From Podarcis gaigeae (taxonomy: Eukaryota): 64,000 nt of DNA. The stretch is from assembly GCA_964106915.2 (NCBI GenBank), contig OZ066917.1; one strand, written 5' to 3'. Shown piece after piece: positions 38,609-50,987 of the stretch (position 1 is its first letter; the number at the start of each line of letters is the position of its first letter). Made by a program: the position numbers and the translations under genes. The notes under the pieces were generated by a model. That model saw only the letters and a list, made by a program, of their open reading frames with translations, was not told where the DNA came from and searched no databases.

Positions 38609-39493
38609 GTAAATTTATTTAGCAACAGCAGGGCAGGTGTTGAGTGACTTCTTTATCTCCTTGCCCTGAATAATGGCTCATTGCAACGCCCAATGCCTAG
38701 TGTTCGGTTTCTGCCTCAGGAGGCAGAAGAGGAAGGAAAATGCTTTGCCAGAATCTTCAGTTCCCAGACTAAAATTTATTTAGAGATTATATACCCTGCT
38801 GACTAACCAAAGTTTTTAGCTTGACTTACAATATATTTAAAATGCAATAAATTATGGCAGGGCAGCTATACTATTTATATAAGCTTTCCCCTAGCGTCCA
38901 CTGTTCCAGTTGCCACTCTGCAGCTGAATTGTCACATTTGGAAATGGCGGCTGAATCAGCCAGATGTTAAGTTCCTCACATGCCACGTTTCTTCACTGGA
39001 CTGTTGCCAGTGTTCCTTACAACCACAGCCTCTGGGCGCAGATGCAAAGGTGTTATAAGCCTTCCTCCCAGAATGTAAACCTGGAGAGGTCAGTTTTATT
39101 TTTAGGTCTTTTGGACAAGCGGAAATTTTTGAACCTATAGATTCTGAATATGACGGAATAAATAGCATTTGAGCATCTAACTGGTTATTAATGAACCTTT
39201 TAAAGCATCACATCCTTTAAAATGCAGTACATAAATTCCCCACGGCCATAGAAACAGGTTTCAGAAGCCATTTGTATGCAAAGGCCCAGAGAAGCAATAA
39301 TTCTATGGTTCTGGGTCAATGTAGAGTCCAGTTCCCTAAAGCAGCTCAGTTTTTATAATCCTAGAAGCAGTAATGGTTCTGAATATCTAAAGCTGAACTC
39401 CTTTGGCATAATCCCATGCATTGGCTTTGGAATCTAGACACTTTAATTATCTTCTAGATTTTTCTCTTTCTAACTTATTTTTTTTATTCTCAG

Positions 39494-39564
39494 CAGAATG
39501 GGACCAATGCGTTTCTGCAGGGGAGGGTGCTGCAAAATGGAAATATTCCAGCTGAACACCAGAG
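39494..39564 (+). CDS. BOC: BOC small exon, cytoplasmic tail 2 (NAGNAG acceptor)
   Basis: tattctcag|CAG AAT...CAG AG|gtatgg; QNGTNAFLQGRVLQNGNIPAEHQR; supplies the phase 0-to-2 link needed between its neighbours. Confidence 0.85.
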
Positions 39565-40321
39565 GTATGGCTCTAGCTATCAGGCTTCATGTGTAATGGC
39601 AATATAATGTCACAGAAATGATGGAAATGCCTCTTATGTCAGCATTTCTGTCATGCAAGATTATTTTCATTAGGGCTGTAAAAAATCAAAGCTCATACCA
39701 CGTTTTATTTGGCAATCTGTTCCCTTAAAGTTTTATAGAAGTGAAATCGGAAGTCCTTAATTTCATGGTACTGATGGCACATTAGGACTTATTCACTAAT
39801 TGCTTTTAAACTGAGGCAGACAAAACAAATGTATTTTATGGTAGCAGGACTGTGTGTGTATAGGCTCAGTGCAGATTAAAGAACATCTCAGAATCAGATT
39901 AATGACCTATTAGGTAATTATCCAAACATGTATCACCAATTTAGTGAGATATAGCCCCACAGTTCTGCTCTCCTGCCTTTGTCATAGCTCATGATCGTTA
40001 CCCAACCATTTAACCCTACCTTAACCCAATCACCTATCATACCTAGTCACTGTCTGCTCCAAAATACATGGCAACCTCATCCTCCTGATAACCTCTGTGA
40101 AATGTAATGCTCAGTAATCACAACACAATTGAAATTGCATACTATATTGTTGTGTAAGATTATATCCTACTGGAACCTAGAACAATGAGCATGGAAATGA
40201 ACATATGAATTCTGCCAAACTGTGTCCTTTTTCAGTTTCTTCAATTAACTTGTATATGAGGAAGTTAATCAGAGGATAATTGAAAATGGTGTCCTCAAAT
40301 TGCTTTTTCTCTGCAACTTAG

Positions 40322-40512
40322 GTCACCTAGTCCTGGACCAGATCAGAATTCTTTTCTCTATGGGCTTCCAGATGACTCCACACACCAGCTGCTTCAGCAA
40401 CATGACAATTGCCATCATCGTGAACAATACCTTGACCTGTGTCACTCTGTGCCGCCAGGCAAAATGGGCAACTCCACTAAGGAAATCATGAAGGATCCTG
40501 TCTTCCATACAG
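40322..40512 (+). CDS. BOC: BOC exon, cytoplasmic tail 3
   Basis: acttag|G TCA...ACA G|gtcagt; SFLYGLPDDSTHQLLQQHD; 191 nt. Confidence 0.92.
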
Positions 40513-40593
40513 GTCAGTGGGACATAAACCATAAAAGGATATTTTTGCTCCTGTTGCTTGCTATGCATTAACCTTTGGAGGAAAGTTGCTGCT

Positions 40594-40876
40594 TTCAGCA
40601 CCGAGGGCCTTCTAGCAGTTCCCTCACTGCGAGAAGCTAAGTTACAGGGAACCAGGCAGAGGGCCTTCTCGGTAGTGGCGCCTTCCCTGTGGAACGCCCT
40701 TTGGAACGCCCTCCCACCAGAAGAGAACAAGTACCAGACCTTTAGAAAACATCTGAAGGCAGCCCTGTTTAGGGAAGCTTTTAATGTTTGATATATTATA
40801 GTATTTTAATATTTTTTTGGAAGCCGCCCAGAGTGGCTGGGGAAGCCCAGCCAGATGGGTGGGGTATAAATAATAA

Positions 40877-40930
<54 letters not shown>
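40594..40930 (+). mobile_element. L2-clade LINE 3' end, same family, (TTA)n tail
   Basis: GLLAVPSLREAKLQGTRQRAFSVVAPSLWNAL; closely matches the reverse complement of the 30641 copy. Confidence 0.88.
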
Positions 40931-41679
40931 TCTACATCTAGGGCAGGACCTTGATGTGAAAAGCAGAGAGAATGGTAGTCATGGACTTTCTATTCAGTTA
41001 AAGTTCTGCATTATTTGCAAGTTATATATGGTGGCATATACAGAAACTAATGTTCAAGCATTTGAAATATACGGCCTAGAAAGATAGATCCAATAGATCC
41101 AACTGGAGCATATTCAACTTTCCAATGACATTGCTGTGCTTCCAACCCAAAACTGCAAGCATCAATATCAATTTCAGTAAATGTCAGAGAGTGAATTTTG
41201 ATTTGGAAAATGTCAAGTATTTTATACTAATGCAGGCTTCTTTCACACAATCATTTTTGTGTTAGTGTAACAGAAATGACTGCATGAAATAACAGTGTAG
41301 CTCAGGCCTGAAATGTCAAAAGCCATTACCAAAGGCTTACTTGGCATTTACTAATATGCCTTTTGCTGGCAAATGGAATAAATCAGAGTAGAAACTTATC
41401 ATTAATTGGTGATTTTTGAGAATTTATCAGTAACTGGCAGAATTTGCAGACATTTTCCACTGGCATCTCTTTTACTAGAAACTCTTAGCATTTCAGTATA
41501 TGTCACTTCATTTTTTTATAGCTTGCTATCTGACAAATTGTAGTAACCCTTCTGGAAGATCTCCAGAGCAGGGATATAAGCTCTTTTGGATTTTCATAGT
41601 GAATTTCTTTCAAAGTGTTTTGAAGAATAGTGGTATCTGACCAAGGACACACTTTCATTGTCCTTCCTTGTCTTCCCAG

Positions 41680-41861
41680 ATTCTGCCTGCTGCCTTGGTC
41701 TAGTACCAGTTGAAGACGCAGAGAGGACAGATTTCTGCCAAGATGAACGACAAGTGTGGCCCCCAAACACCGTGGACACTTGCTTGGCCGGAAGCACAGA
41801 GAAGCATCTGAACAGCCTGCCGCTGCATGTTCCCTTAGAGACACTTCCTGGCACCAGTTAG
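41680..41861 (+). CDS. BOC: BOC last coding exon
   Basis: tcccag|AT TCT; SACCLGLVPVED...VPLETLPGTS, stop TAG at 41859-41861. Confidence 0.93.
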
Positions 41862-42327
41862 GGAACTAATTGCCTTACAAAGACTATTCTAAACAGAAAA
41901 AGGGTTATTTATTTTTGTATTACATCTCTATTTATATATTTATGCACTTGTAAATAGATGTGTATCTGCCTTCTATAATTACGCTGAAAGAAATGGCATC
42001 ATGCGCAAGAGGTGATAAACTGAGGCAACAGCATGTACTTCCATCAGATCACGACTTGGAAAAGGCAGCTTCCTACTCTCAGCAACAGAATAAGCACAAG
42101 GGCAAGAGCTGCATTCTCCAGCTGCAAGAAGGTGTCTCAAAATGGTGAGATTATGGGAAAGGGTCTTTACTTGCCTCCCAGCAGGAGGAATCTCATTGCA
42201 GAATGCCAAAGGAAAACAGATATAAAGTAGGTACCATATTTATCTGCATTAACAAGCAATATATACAAGCACAGATTCTGTGATAGTGTGCCTATATAAT
42301 GAAACCAATGCCATGCTTCATCAAGTA

Positions 42328-42333
42328 AATAAA
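42328..42333 (+). terminator. Candidate BOC polyadenylation signal AATAAA (second candidate at 42696-42701)
   Basis: Canonical hexamer about 470 nt after the stop, followed by T-rich sequence. Confidence 0.5.
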
Positions 42334-42866
42334 GACTGTTTCTTCCCTTTGACTGAACTTTTATCTAGATTCCTTATACTTAGGTAAAGCCTCCTTTCCT
42401 CATGTTACAGTCCCTTTAACATTCATTTTTCACCAAACACACACCTCATTAAGATAATGGACAACACTAAGGAAGAAAGTTTAGCACTCAAAGTGAAACA
42501 TTTTAAGCTTCTGGTTTCAGTGCAGATTTTGGGGTATTAATGTGATCAGCTTCTATTCTATAGGAAATTGAGTCATATAGGTTTTTTCATTAAGCATCAT
42601 GAATATCTACTGGAGCAGAAAGAGACCTTTTGTTTCTTTAAAGTAATAGCTTCCCTTTGAAGCCAGAGTCTGGCACAGAAATGTTTTAAAAAGTAAATAA
42701 ATCAATGCTAGTTTATATATATATATGCTAGTATATATAAAAAGCTGAGAATTCTCCAGACAGCAAGCACATCATTTGAAGCAATGCTGAGTTCAGTACA
42801 AAGTATAAGGTGAACAGCTCCAGGGCTGAATGAGGACATCAGAACAATTGCTATATTGACTCAGAT

Positions 42867-42872
42867 TTTATT
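42867..42872 (-). terminator. Candidate CFAP44 polyadenylation signal AATAAA
   Basis: TTTATT on the + strand, about 600 nt downstream of the CFAP44 stop. Confidence 0.45.
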
Positions 42873-43475
42873 GTCAATCTCATAAGTATTTATCAACAAC
42901 ACAGTTCCAGGTTGAAAGTACAGATATGGAGACACATCTGCATCAAGATACTAATTGCCCAATTAGGATGACAAGGCTGTATATCCATTGTGCCTGATCT
43001 TGCATATATTTGGATCAGGAAGTAAAACATCTATTTGAAGACTTTAAGACAGCATAGTTAATTGTGCCCTCCAGATGTCGGCCTTCATCAACCCTGACCA
43101 TTGGCCAGGCTGCCTGGGTTGACCAACACCAAGTGCCCATGTGCCCAAAGCCAACGGGGTACACTAAGTAAAAGAGATAGATGGCATTGCTACTGTTTTC
43201 TTAATAGTGCCTCTGTGCCTTTAACAGCCATATGAAAGACGAATTCAAGAGCTGCAACTTTCTCCCATCAATGTATCAAAGGCAAGGAAAAGTTTTAACA
43301 TTCTGCCTGGCCTATGCTTTTAAAAGGTCCAGAATTTCCACCAAAAGGGGAAGAGCTTTAAGGCCAGGACACATCATATGAAACTTAAATCTCAAGGGCT
43401 AGCTTGCTAATTATTCTCACGCAGTAGGATTGATATGCATAAAAAATGAGAACAAGGGAACGACATGAAAAGGAT

Positions 43476-43661
43476 TTAATCCAGCATCCCACCTTGAGGA
43501 TATCCAGGCTGAGAAGGTGGAAAGATGCGGCCATCCTTCCTGCTTAGGAGAGTGATTTCTTCTTTCAGGACTTCAGCCTCTTGGGCTTGTAACTGGACCA
43601 ATGCAATCAGCTTCTCCTTCTCCTCAATATCTGATTTGCGAGGCCCTTGGAATTCTGCTCC
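43476..43661 (-). CDS. CFAP44: CFAP44 last coding exon (GAEFQGPRK...LKEEITLLSRKDGRIFPP...MLD, stop)
   Basis: cttcag|GGA GCA; stop TAA at 43478-43476. Confidence 0.92.
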   Translation of the reverse strand, partial: GAEFQGPRKSDIEEKEKLIALVQLQAQEAEVLKEEITLLSRKDGRIFPPSQPGYPQGGMLD

Positions 43662-44051
43662 CTGAAGAAACAAAAGCCAAAAACTGCCCTCAATCAAAGA
43701 CGAAACAATGACATTACTTATAGACTCCAGGTACAGAACACTTACAACACTTTTGACCGTAATACTACCAAGGAGCTCACTCCCTTCTTGATGTTGGGCA
43801 AATTACTTTCTCTGGTGATAGGTTTGTGTCATTCCTCTGACCCAATGTGGTCTAAATGCAGGCACACATTCAATACGATGAATAAACCAGAGAGAAAATG
43901 TGGATCAGGTTATTGAGGATTATGAATAACACCCTCCCTAGGTAGAACAGAAGCTAGTAGGGTCAGTTTACAGTTATAACCTCTAAAGCAGCCCGAAAAA
44001 AATGTTTATTTGGCTTGCTAGTCAGGAACAAGTGATCAAAGCAGCACATAC

Positions 44052-44186
44052 CAGGTTATTCTGTAGTGCGTCCAACTTAGTTTCAAGTGTCATCTTCTCC
44101 ATACAAAATGTGTTCATTTGCTTCAGTTTGCCAGTATTTTCTTGTGTCACCATCATCAACTCTTGACGCAGGTCAACAATTTTATC
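44052..44186 (-). CDS. CFAP44: CFAP44 penultimate exon (DKIVDLRQELM...LQNNL)
   Basis: ttgcag|GAT...AAC CTG|gtatgt; 135 nt. Confidence 0.92.
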
Positions 44187-45993
44187 CTGCAACAGAGCAA
44201 AGATTTGCTGGAGTGATAAAAATATGAAAGCAGAACTATGAGAATGCATGTGTAGGTCTGGGAGCTACAGAGCCAGAGTAATAGCAGCCAACAGGTCAAA
44301 GAACAACGGGGGGAGGATGGGGAGAAGAGGGACACATGGCTTGAAGAGCTGTTTAACCTTGGCTGTCATCAGTTTTTTGCATTCTAGCCGAAAACAAAAT
44401 TCATCCCCATTAGCAGTTTTGAGTTAACAAAAGCATTGCCTTAGCAAAACTGGCTCCTACTGTCCTCTGGATCTCACTGCCCTGGATAAATTATTGGCCC
44501 TCTGGACATTAGCTGGGCTATCACACTCTACTTGTGCATAGAAAATAACAGCAATAAGTAAGGAACTTTGCAAGTGCTTGTAATTACACTCGAATTACAA
44601 ATCCTAGATTTGAGGGCCTGGAGTTTTGCATATAAACTCTGTCTCTCTTAATCTCTGCAGTAGAGGAGTTCCTGGGTTAGCAACTCACCATGTTTCTGAC
44701 TAGTTCCAACAAACCTCATTCAATGCCACAAAAAACCTGTTGGCATCTGATAAAGAGAATGACATGTGTTTCTGCAAACACCATGAAGCATGTTGCAGAA
44801 TTTGCAATTTTAAACTGTTGTCAGCTACCCTCCTGAGTGTTGCACAGGCAGTAAAAGGCAGGACCAAAACCTTTTTATACATAATAAAATATTGTGCTGG
44901 GCTCTTGCCAGCAGGTTGGAAGCAAAGGTCCTTCATTTTTTGGGGTGTTCTTTAAAAAAAATACTTCCCCACACACCAGAAACAAGGGGAGTGAAATAAT
45001 TGGGACTGAGCTACATCCACTCGAGCTGGCTTAGTTCAATATCCTGTTTGAGGGTATCTTGGGGGGACTTCATATCATAGCCTTCGCCATTTCTTTTCAG
45101 GGCATGCTGCCAATCCACCCCTGACATACCCTCATTTTCAGCCCTACTGATCTTGGAGCTGACACTGGTGGGGCCAGGACTGCAGAAAGGGGAATTAAAC
45201 ATTGGATAGCTCTCCCCGACTTCAGGGCAGGAGATCCAGTGCTTCCTAAAGCCCTTGTGATCCCCTATCAGGGGCCAAAGATTGTGGGCTAAATTATATA
45301 TTGCAAGTGGTTTGGTGTGGAGCGGGTAGTTTTGTCTCAGTCTTTGCACAGACGTACCAAAGTAAATTCTACAGGCTTCCTAACAGAAAGGGCACAGTAC
45401 CAAAATATAAGATAAATGATCCCTCCCTTTAAAGCTATCCCATTTTTTGAAAGCGTATCCTGAATTGAGCTTCTGACGGATGATCTGAAAAGACTTCAGG
45501 GTAAGAGTGTTCTACAGTTTTGGGACAGCAAGCAAGAATAATTCACTGCACATTCTTGTTCTCCTAAATTCTAGGATGGGTGGAATACATAGTAAAAAAG
45601 GGGGGTATGAGATGTAATACCTTGCATATATATATATAATGGATTTATTAGATTATAGCAGTTATATGGTTCTGACATGCCAGGAAACATTTTCATAGCA
45701 CTGCATACATGATTTTCCAGACTGAGCATTTGTATAACTAATATACCCTTCCTTTGTGTGATACTTGTCCAGGATAACTCACTCCTTGCTTGACAAGTGT
45801 ATCTTCTAAATAATGATGATGCAATTACCACATTGTCTTCTGCCTCCTAACCAGGGTTTGAACTCTTTCCTGACTAAAAGGCAATTTTCATACAGGAAAT
45901 CCTCATGTTATATGCCTATTATCCAGCCCTACCCCCTGGTCACACTTGCAGGCCACCTGGCTGCATCACAATGTGATTTAGAACAAGTCTTAC

Positions 45994-46154
45994 CTCCCAT
46001 TTTCTTAATTCTGCAGCATGAGTTTGCTCTTTTTCCATCATCTTCATTTTGAGTTCTTCCAGATTTGTGTTAACAGAAAGAGTCTGCAGGGCTTCCAAGT
46101 TCACTAATCGGCCAAATTTCAGCATCATCAGCTCATTGCATTTCTCTTCCAATC
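45994..46154 (-). CDS. CFAP44: CFAP44 exon (LEEKCNELMMLKFGRLVNLEALQTLSVN...KWE)
   Basis: ttgcag|GA TTG...TGG GAG|gtaaga; 161 nt. Confidence 0.93.
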
Positions 46155-47505
46155 CTGCAAGATGAGTTTAAGGCCTTTGTATTCTCCCTATCTTCCTTTT
46201 TTAAGATATGTATACCTACACACACAGAATACTACTGTGCATATTCAAAAATCCAATTCTAAACAGTGCAGCTCGCGGTAGCACAATCTGTGGGAGTGTG
46301 CAGGTAGATTAATTTGCATTGCAACAAAATGATGGATGAGGTGGCTTTGGAGAAGTTCTTTCCATCTCCAGAATACCACCAGAAAAGGTGGGTGTGGTTA
46401 TTCTTTTTTGTACCAGATTTATGAGATACTTCAATCCTACCAGAATTTTAGCTGTTGCGATCTTTGCCGCAAGAGCCATCCACAGGTCGTCTGCTGCACT
46501 CTCAAGAAGTCTTTATACCCAGCCCTGTGCAGCAATAAGCCATCACTGGCACAGCAGCAGTGACAATAACCTCTGAAGTGGCCCTGACATGTCCCAAAGT
46601 TGGCACAGCATAATATACAATCGCACTGGGGAAAGGGTCTATTCCTATGCACTGCCAAGCAAGCTAAGCACTGTTTGGAAGGATCATTTTCTCTTGCATA
46701 TGACTGATGCCCTTCTTTAGGTATCTATACACCATCAGAAATTAAGTGTGTGCCCAGCTTATGGAATGCTCTCTGCAGAGAAAACCACCTGGCACAAAAC
46801 TTTGTGACTTTAAGGCCCTGGGCAAAGACTTTTTTTATCAGCTCAGGCCATTTTAAATGACGATACTGTCATTTTTCTGTTTTAAGCTGCTCATCCTACC
46901 TGCTGTACTATTTTTAAATTTTGGGGGGGAAAACAACCCACCTTAATTTGTAAGATGCCTTGGAAGGCCTTTTTTTTTAAAAAAAATGAAAGGTAGGATA
47001 GAAATGTTTTAAACAAAGGAAGAAACAAAGCAAGTTGAGCAGTGCACAGGGTGAGGTCTGCAAGGTTCTCAAGTGTTTTACTTCCCTAGATTCATTTCAG
47101 GTTCACAGCAATCCTTTAGGTTGCTTCACACATTGAGTTGGGGAAAATAAATGTTTTCTCACATGGGCACACACCACAGGGAGGCATGGTCAAGTGGGAG
47201 TTCTCAGTAGCATGCATTCATATTGCACATGTGTTTTACATTAGAATGCTACTTTTTCACCATGTACAATATGGATACACATCAAATGTCTCTGTGCAAC
47301 ATTCAGCTCTCATTTTCAGAAGTAGGAATAGATACACATTTCTTCTGAAACTGAGGCTTTGTGTCAGTCCTTTCATTCGTAGAAGGAAGCTAAGGCAATA
47401 AGAGTATACCTCCCAAGCAATAATTGTCAGTCATGTGTGATATGCAGAGAGGAAAAGCCTTCACACACCATATAGAAAGAATCTGGAAACCTAGCATACA
47501 CTCAC

Positions 47506-47707
47506 GGTCAATCTTAAGCATCATGTCCCTCCTGTCTCGAATGAGCTGTTTGTGCTGCTGCCGGGCCTTCTTATAGAGTTCTCTCTGCTCTAGTTTCTCC
47601 TCCTGCAGTACCATGATCCTCTGCTGCAAGTTCACCAAAGACTGGTTGGTAAACACCAACGACTGTGAGAGGTCAGGGGGGATTTCTCCATTTGAGATAT
47701 ATTCCAC
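47506..47707 (-). CDS. CFAP44: CFAP44 exon (VEYISNGEIPPDLSQSLVF...)
   Basis: tggcag|GTG...GAC C|gtgagt; 202 nt. Confidence 0.93.
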
Positions 47708-48021
47708 CTGCCAGAAATAACCACAGACTTATAAACTTCTCTGGAGCAGAGTGTGTGGCATTGTTGCATCTATGAAATTCCTCCGAAGTACACATGGCAC
47801 TCTTTGCCCATGAGCTGTAACCCTCCAAGGCTACTTATGAGCACTAGGGGTCCATGGTGGCAGGGGGAGCAATAATCAGAAAGCAACTCCTCCCTGGATA
47901 AAACGTAATCCCCAGAGTCCCAGGTTTCCTTTTAAAAGAAAGGGCAAGTTTCTGGCATTTGCGGAGCCTGACACACAAGACAAGATGCACAGGCACCATT
48001 CTAATTGTTTTGTGATAAACC

Positions 48022-48395
48022 AACCAGTAGTGATGTACGGAAGTGAGAGCTGGACCATAAAGAAGGCTGATCGCCAAAGAATTGATGCTTTTGAATTATG
48101 GTGCTGGAGGAGACTCTTGAGAGTCCCATGGACTGCAAGAAGATCAAACCTATCCATTCTGAAGGAAATCAGCCCTGAGTGCTCACTGGAAGGACTGATG
48201 AGGCTGAGGCTCCAATACTTTGGCCGCCTCATGAGAAGAGAAGACTCCCTGGGAAAGACCTTGATGTTGGGAAAGCTTGAGGGCACAAGGAGAAGGGGAT
48301 GACAGAGATGGTTGGACAGTGTTTTCGAGGTTACCAGCATGAGTTTGACCAAACTGCGGGAGGCAGTGGAAGACAGGCGTGCCTGGCGTGCTCTG
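48022..48395 (+). mobile_element. RTE-BovB LINE fragment
   Basis: PVVMYGSESWTIKKADRQRIDAFELWCWRRLLRVPWTARRSNLSILKEISPECSLEG, a typical BovB ORF C-terminus. Confidence 0.92.
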
Positions 48396-48483
48396 CACGT
48401 GCCATAGCAATGATGGACGCTGAGGAGAGAGCCTAGTCAATGAGACAAAGAGAAGACTAGACTGAGACATGCTTTATACAGAC

Positions 48484-48614
48484 CAGGAGTAGCCAATGTG
48501 GTGCCTTCCAGATGCTGTTGGATTATAGTTCCCTGAAGACCCTTGGCTTATACTGGTTGAGGCTGATGGGAGTTGTAGTCCAGCATCTGGAGGTGACCAT
48601 GTTGGCTGTCCCTG
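48484..48614. mobile_element. Older hAT MITE related to the 58036 element (similar relics near 59037-59172 and 43060-43130)
   Basis: Inverted ccttccagatg...catctggagg and gggagttgtagtcc core. Confidence 0.65.
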
Positions 48615-48744
48615 AACTAGACTTGCTTTTTAGTCTTTCCTGCTGACCATAGAAAACAATTCAATGCCTACTGCAACTCATTGCAGAATATTTTGGTTAT
48701 CAAGAAGTCAAAGTCGGAAACAGGAGCCCCGATTGATTTGTTAC

Positions 48745-48861
48745 CTGGTGAAGTTTTAGAGGCACAACTACATAGAGTTCGTTCAGTCTCTGCTGCTTCT
48801 CCCGCTGATAGGCCTCCAGTTCCCAATCTGCTGCATCTAGGCTGGCTGCTACTACTTTCAC
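48745..48861 (-). CDS. CFAP44: CFAP44 exon (VKVVAASL...[22 protein letters not shown])
   Basis: tttaag|GTG...CAC CAG|gtaaca; 117 nt. Confidence 0.93.
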
Positions 48862-49155
48862 CTTAAAAAAATAAATAAAATCCAAATTCAAGCAGCGAGA
48901 CCTTGCCATGAAGTCCTAAATAAGCATGAAAGTGTGATGAATATGAGCTGCAGGGTACAATCCGTCCATGGTTTCATGAAGAGTTGCTTCACATGATCCT
49001 TTTGGGATAGAGAACCATGGGCTGAATCAGAAAGTGTTGCAGTTCTGCCCTTGGCAAAGGACTCATGTGACGGGTTACCCGCCATGGCCAGCAAAACCAG
49101 GCACCAAGAAATGGCAGGATTCCTGTTGGGTTGAACTAGAAAGAAGTCACTGTAC

Positions 49156-49286
49156 CTTCTTGGCCAAGAAATCATATTCTTTTCTGACATTTTCAACAGT
49201 TTTCTTTTCCTCCACCAAGGCCTCCTCAATGTCCAGCCGCTTCTCTCGGAGCTGGAGTGTGTTTTCAAAGAGTGCCTCGTCACAAT
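49156..49286 (-). CDS. CFAP44: CFAP44 exon ([28 protein letters not shown])
   Basis: tctcag|AT TGT...AAG AAG|gtacag; 131 nt. Confidence 0.92.
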
Positions 49287-49341
49287 CTGAGAAGAGGAGG
49301 AGTCCAGATTAAGCAAACTGCTTTGATTTTTTTTTGTACGC

Positions 49342-49443
49342 TTCGGGTTCGAGCTCCATGTTGGGCAAACTATTCCTGCATTGCAAGGGGTTGGACTGGA
49401 TGACCTCATGGTCCCCTCCAACTCTACAATTCTGTGATTCTAC
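49342..49443 (+). mobile_element. 5'-truncated copy of the tRNA-Lys/CR1-tail SINE
   Basis: gggttcgagctccatgttgggc followed by attcctgcattgcaaggggttggactggatgacc...attctgtgattct. Confidence 0.78.
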
Positions 49444-50489
49444 GCACACCCCATGTACAGCACTGACAACCACCACCCCAGGAAACATAAGAATCTGCCT
49501 TATACAAAGTCAGAGCATTGATTCACCTAGCTCAGTATGACCAACTCTGACTGGCAAAAGCTCTCCAGGGTTATAGACTTGGGAAATTCCCAGTTCCACC
49601 TGTATTTTCCAGGAATGGAAGCAGAGCACACAGAGAGAGATGCGCATATCAGCAGTTGTGGCAGTTCACCAGAGCAAGGTTATTCTCCCTGACAACAACT
49701 GATTTGATTAGCAGTGTAATGTCAGAAGGTGGGATTTCTGAGATTGCAAGTTCTCCTCCAAGGTTCATGGAGACAGGTTGCTCAGCAATATCTATGTGTA
49801 AATATGTTGATTCAGAAACTGATTTACAAAACACAACTCTTGACAAATAGGAATGCATCAGCCCCAGTAACAGGCCTGTTTATCGGGGACTTGTGATAAT
49901 GAATTACCTAAATCTGCATAAACAAAAATAGGTCACTTGCAGTTTTTGTGAAGATTTACAAACCTATTTTTGAGAAATCAAAGTCTGGTAACGGGACATT
50001 ATTGTTTCACACCATTAGATGGCAGCAAAGGGCTTAGACCAAAGTTTGAGCCACTAGGGATTCCTATACAGATAAGTAACACTTAGAAAATTAAAATTCA
50101 GTAAGAGTATGAAATTCTTCCCTGGGGCTTCCCTGTCCTCTCGGGAAAAGACACCAAGGCTTCATATCATACATAAATTGGTATTTGTCTAGTGTTAACT
50201 CCTTCATATTGCTAACATACCAGCTACTATATTAGCAAAGCCACCCTAAAAATCCAGAGCTACTATATATATATCATAAATATGAAGGAGGCTGAGCTTC
50301 TGGAATGTCGCCTGTTCTTGATATTCTAAAGTTTACATATAATCAAAGCAGATAGAAGGAGATGGCCCAGACAGTAGCAGCATCTCCTTAAATCTCAAGC
50401 GAATAATCTCTTTTCAAAGGCTGATACACAGCCATATCCAAAGATTAAACGAAATTTGGTATTAGCAGTAGGAGGTGAACATGACTTAC

Positions 50490-50600
50490 TTTTTGGACAA
50501 ACAGAGTCATCAAAGACTTCATCCTCAGATCCCGACTCTTCCTCATCACTCTCCAAACTAGACTCTTCATCGCTCTCTTCCTCACTCTCTTCATCTTCAT
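50490..50600 (-). CDS. CFAP44: CFAP44 acidic exon ([37 protein letters not shown])
   Basis: ttccag|AT GAA...AAA A|gtaagt; 111 nt. Confidence 0.92.
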
Positions 50601-50987
50601 CTGGAATAAGAAAGCGCCATTGTCACACAGGAAACTCCTGTTGAAGTAACACAGCCCAGAGAGCAAGCTCCTTCATCACGGGGGTCACCAAGGTAATATT
50701 CAGAGAACACAATGCAGCCATTAAAATGGCAGAAGGAAGTGTCCAATACCCGCTGCTAATCACTGATCAGGCAGCACAAAGCAATTTGCAGAACCGACAA
50801 AGCCAAGCCAACTCATAGGTTTCTGTCAGAGAGGACTAGATTGAGACTAAGGCTGAGATTACGGGGTGAATACACTGAGCAGAGGTCACAAGGTGGGACA
50901 CGCATAGTTTAGTTCTGCCTCCACAGCAATGTAGAATTTGGTCAAAAGGTATACGGGGCAACATCAACATGAAACAGTCTTTCCTAC

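Larger units (their letters stand above)
9380..42701 (+). other. BOC: BOC gene span in window (first coding exon to candidate distal poly(A) signal); 18 coding exons, spliced CDS 3303 nt, about 1100 aa
   Basis: Exon translations match recalled vertebrate BOC (e.g. [59 protein letters not shown]). All introns are GT-AG and phases join into one ORF. The neighbouring gene is CFAP44, as in human. Confidence 0.97.

Noticed and set aside
48888-49421. 177-aa - strand ORF and other long ORF-track entries (47876-48352, 3280-3732, 19402-19818, 21046-21475, 62867-63268)
   Set aside because: These are off-frame or antisense readings of real exons, transposons or low-complexity DNA, with no coherent splice structure or recognisable domain.
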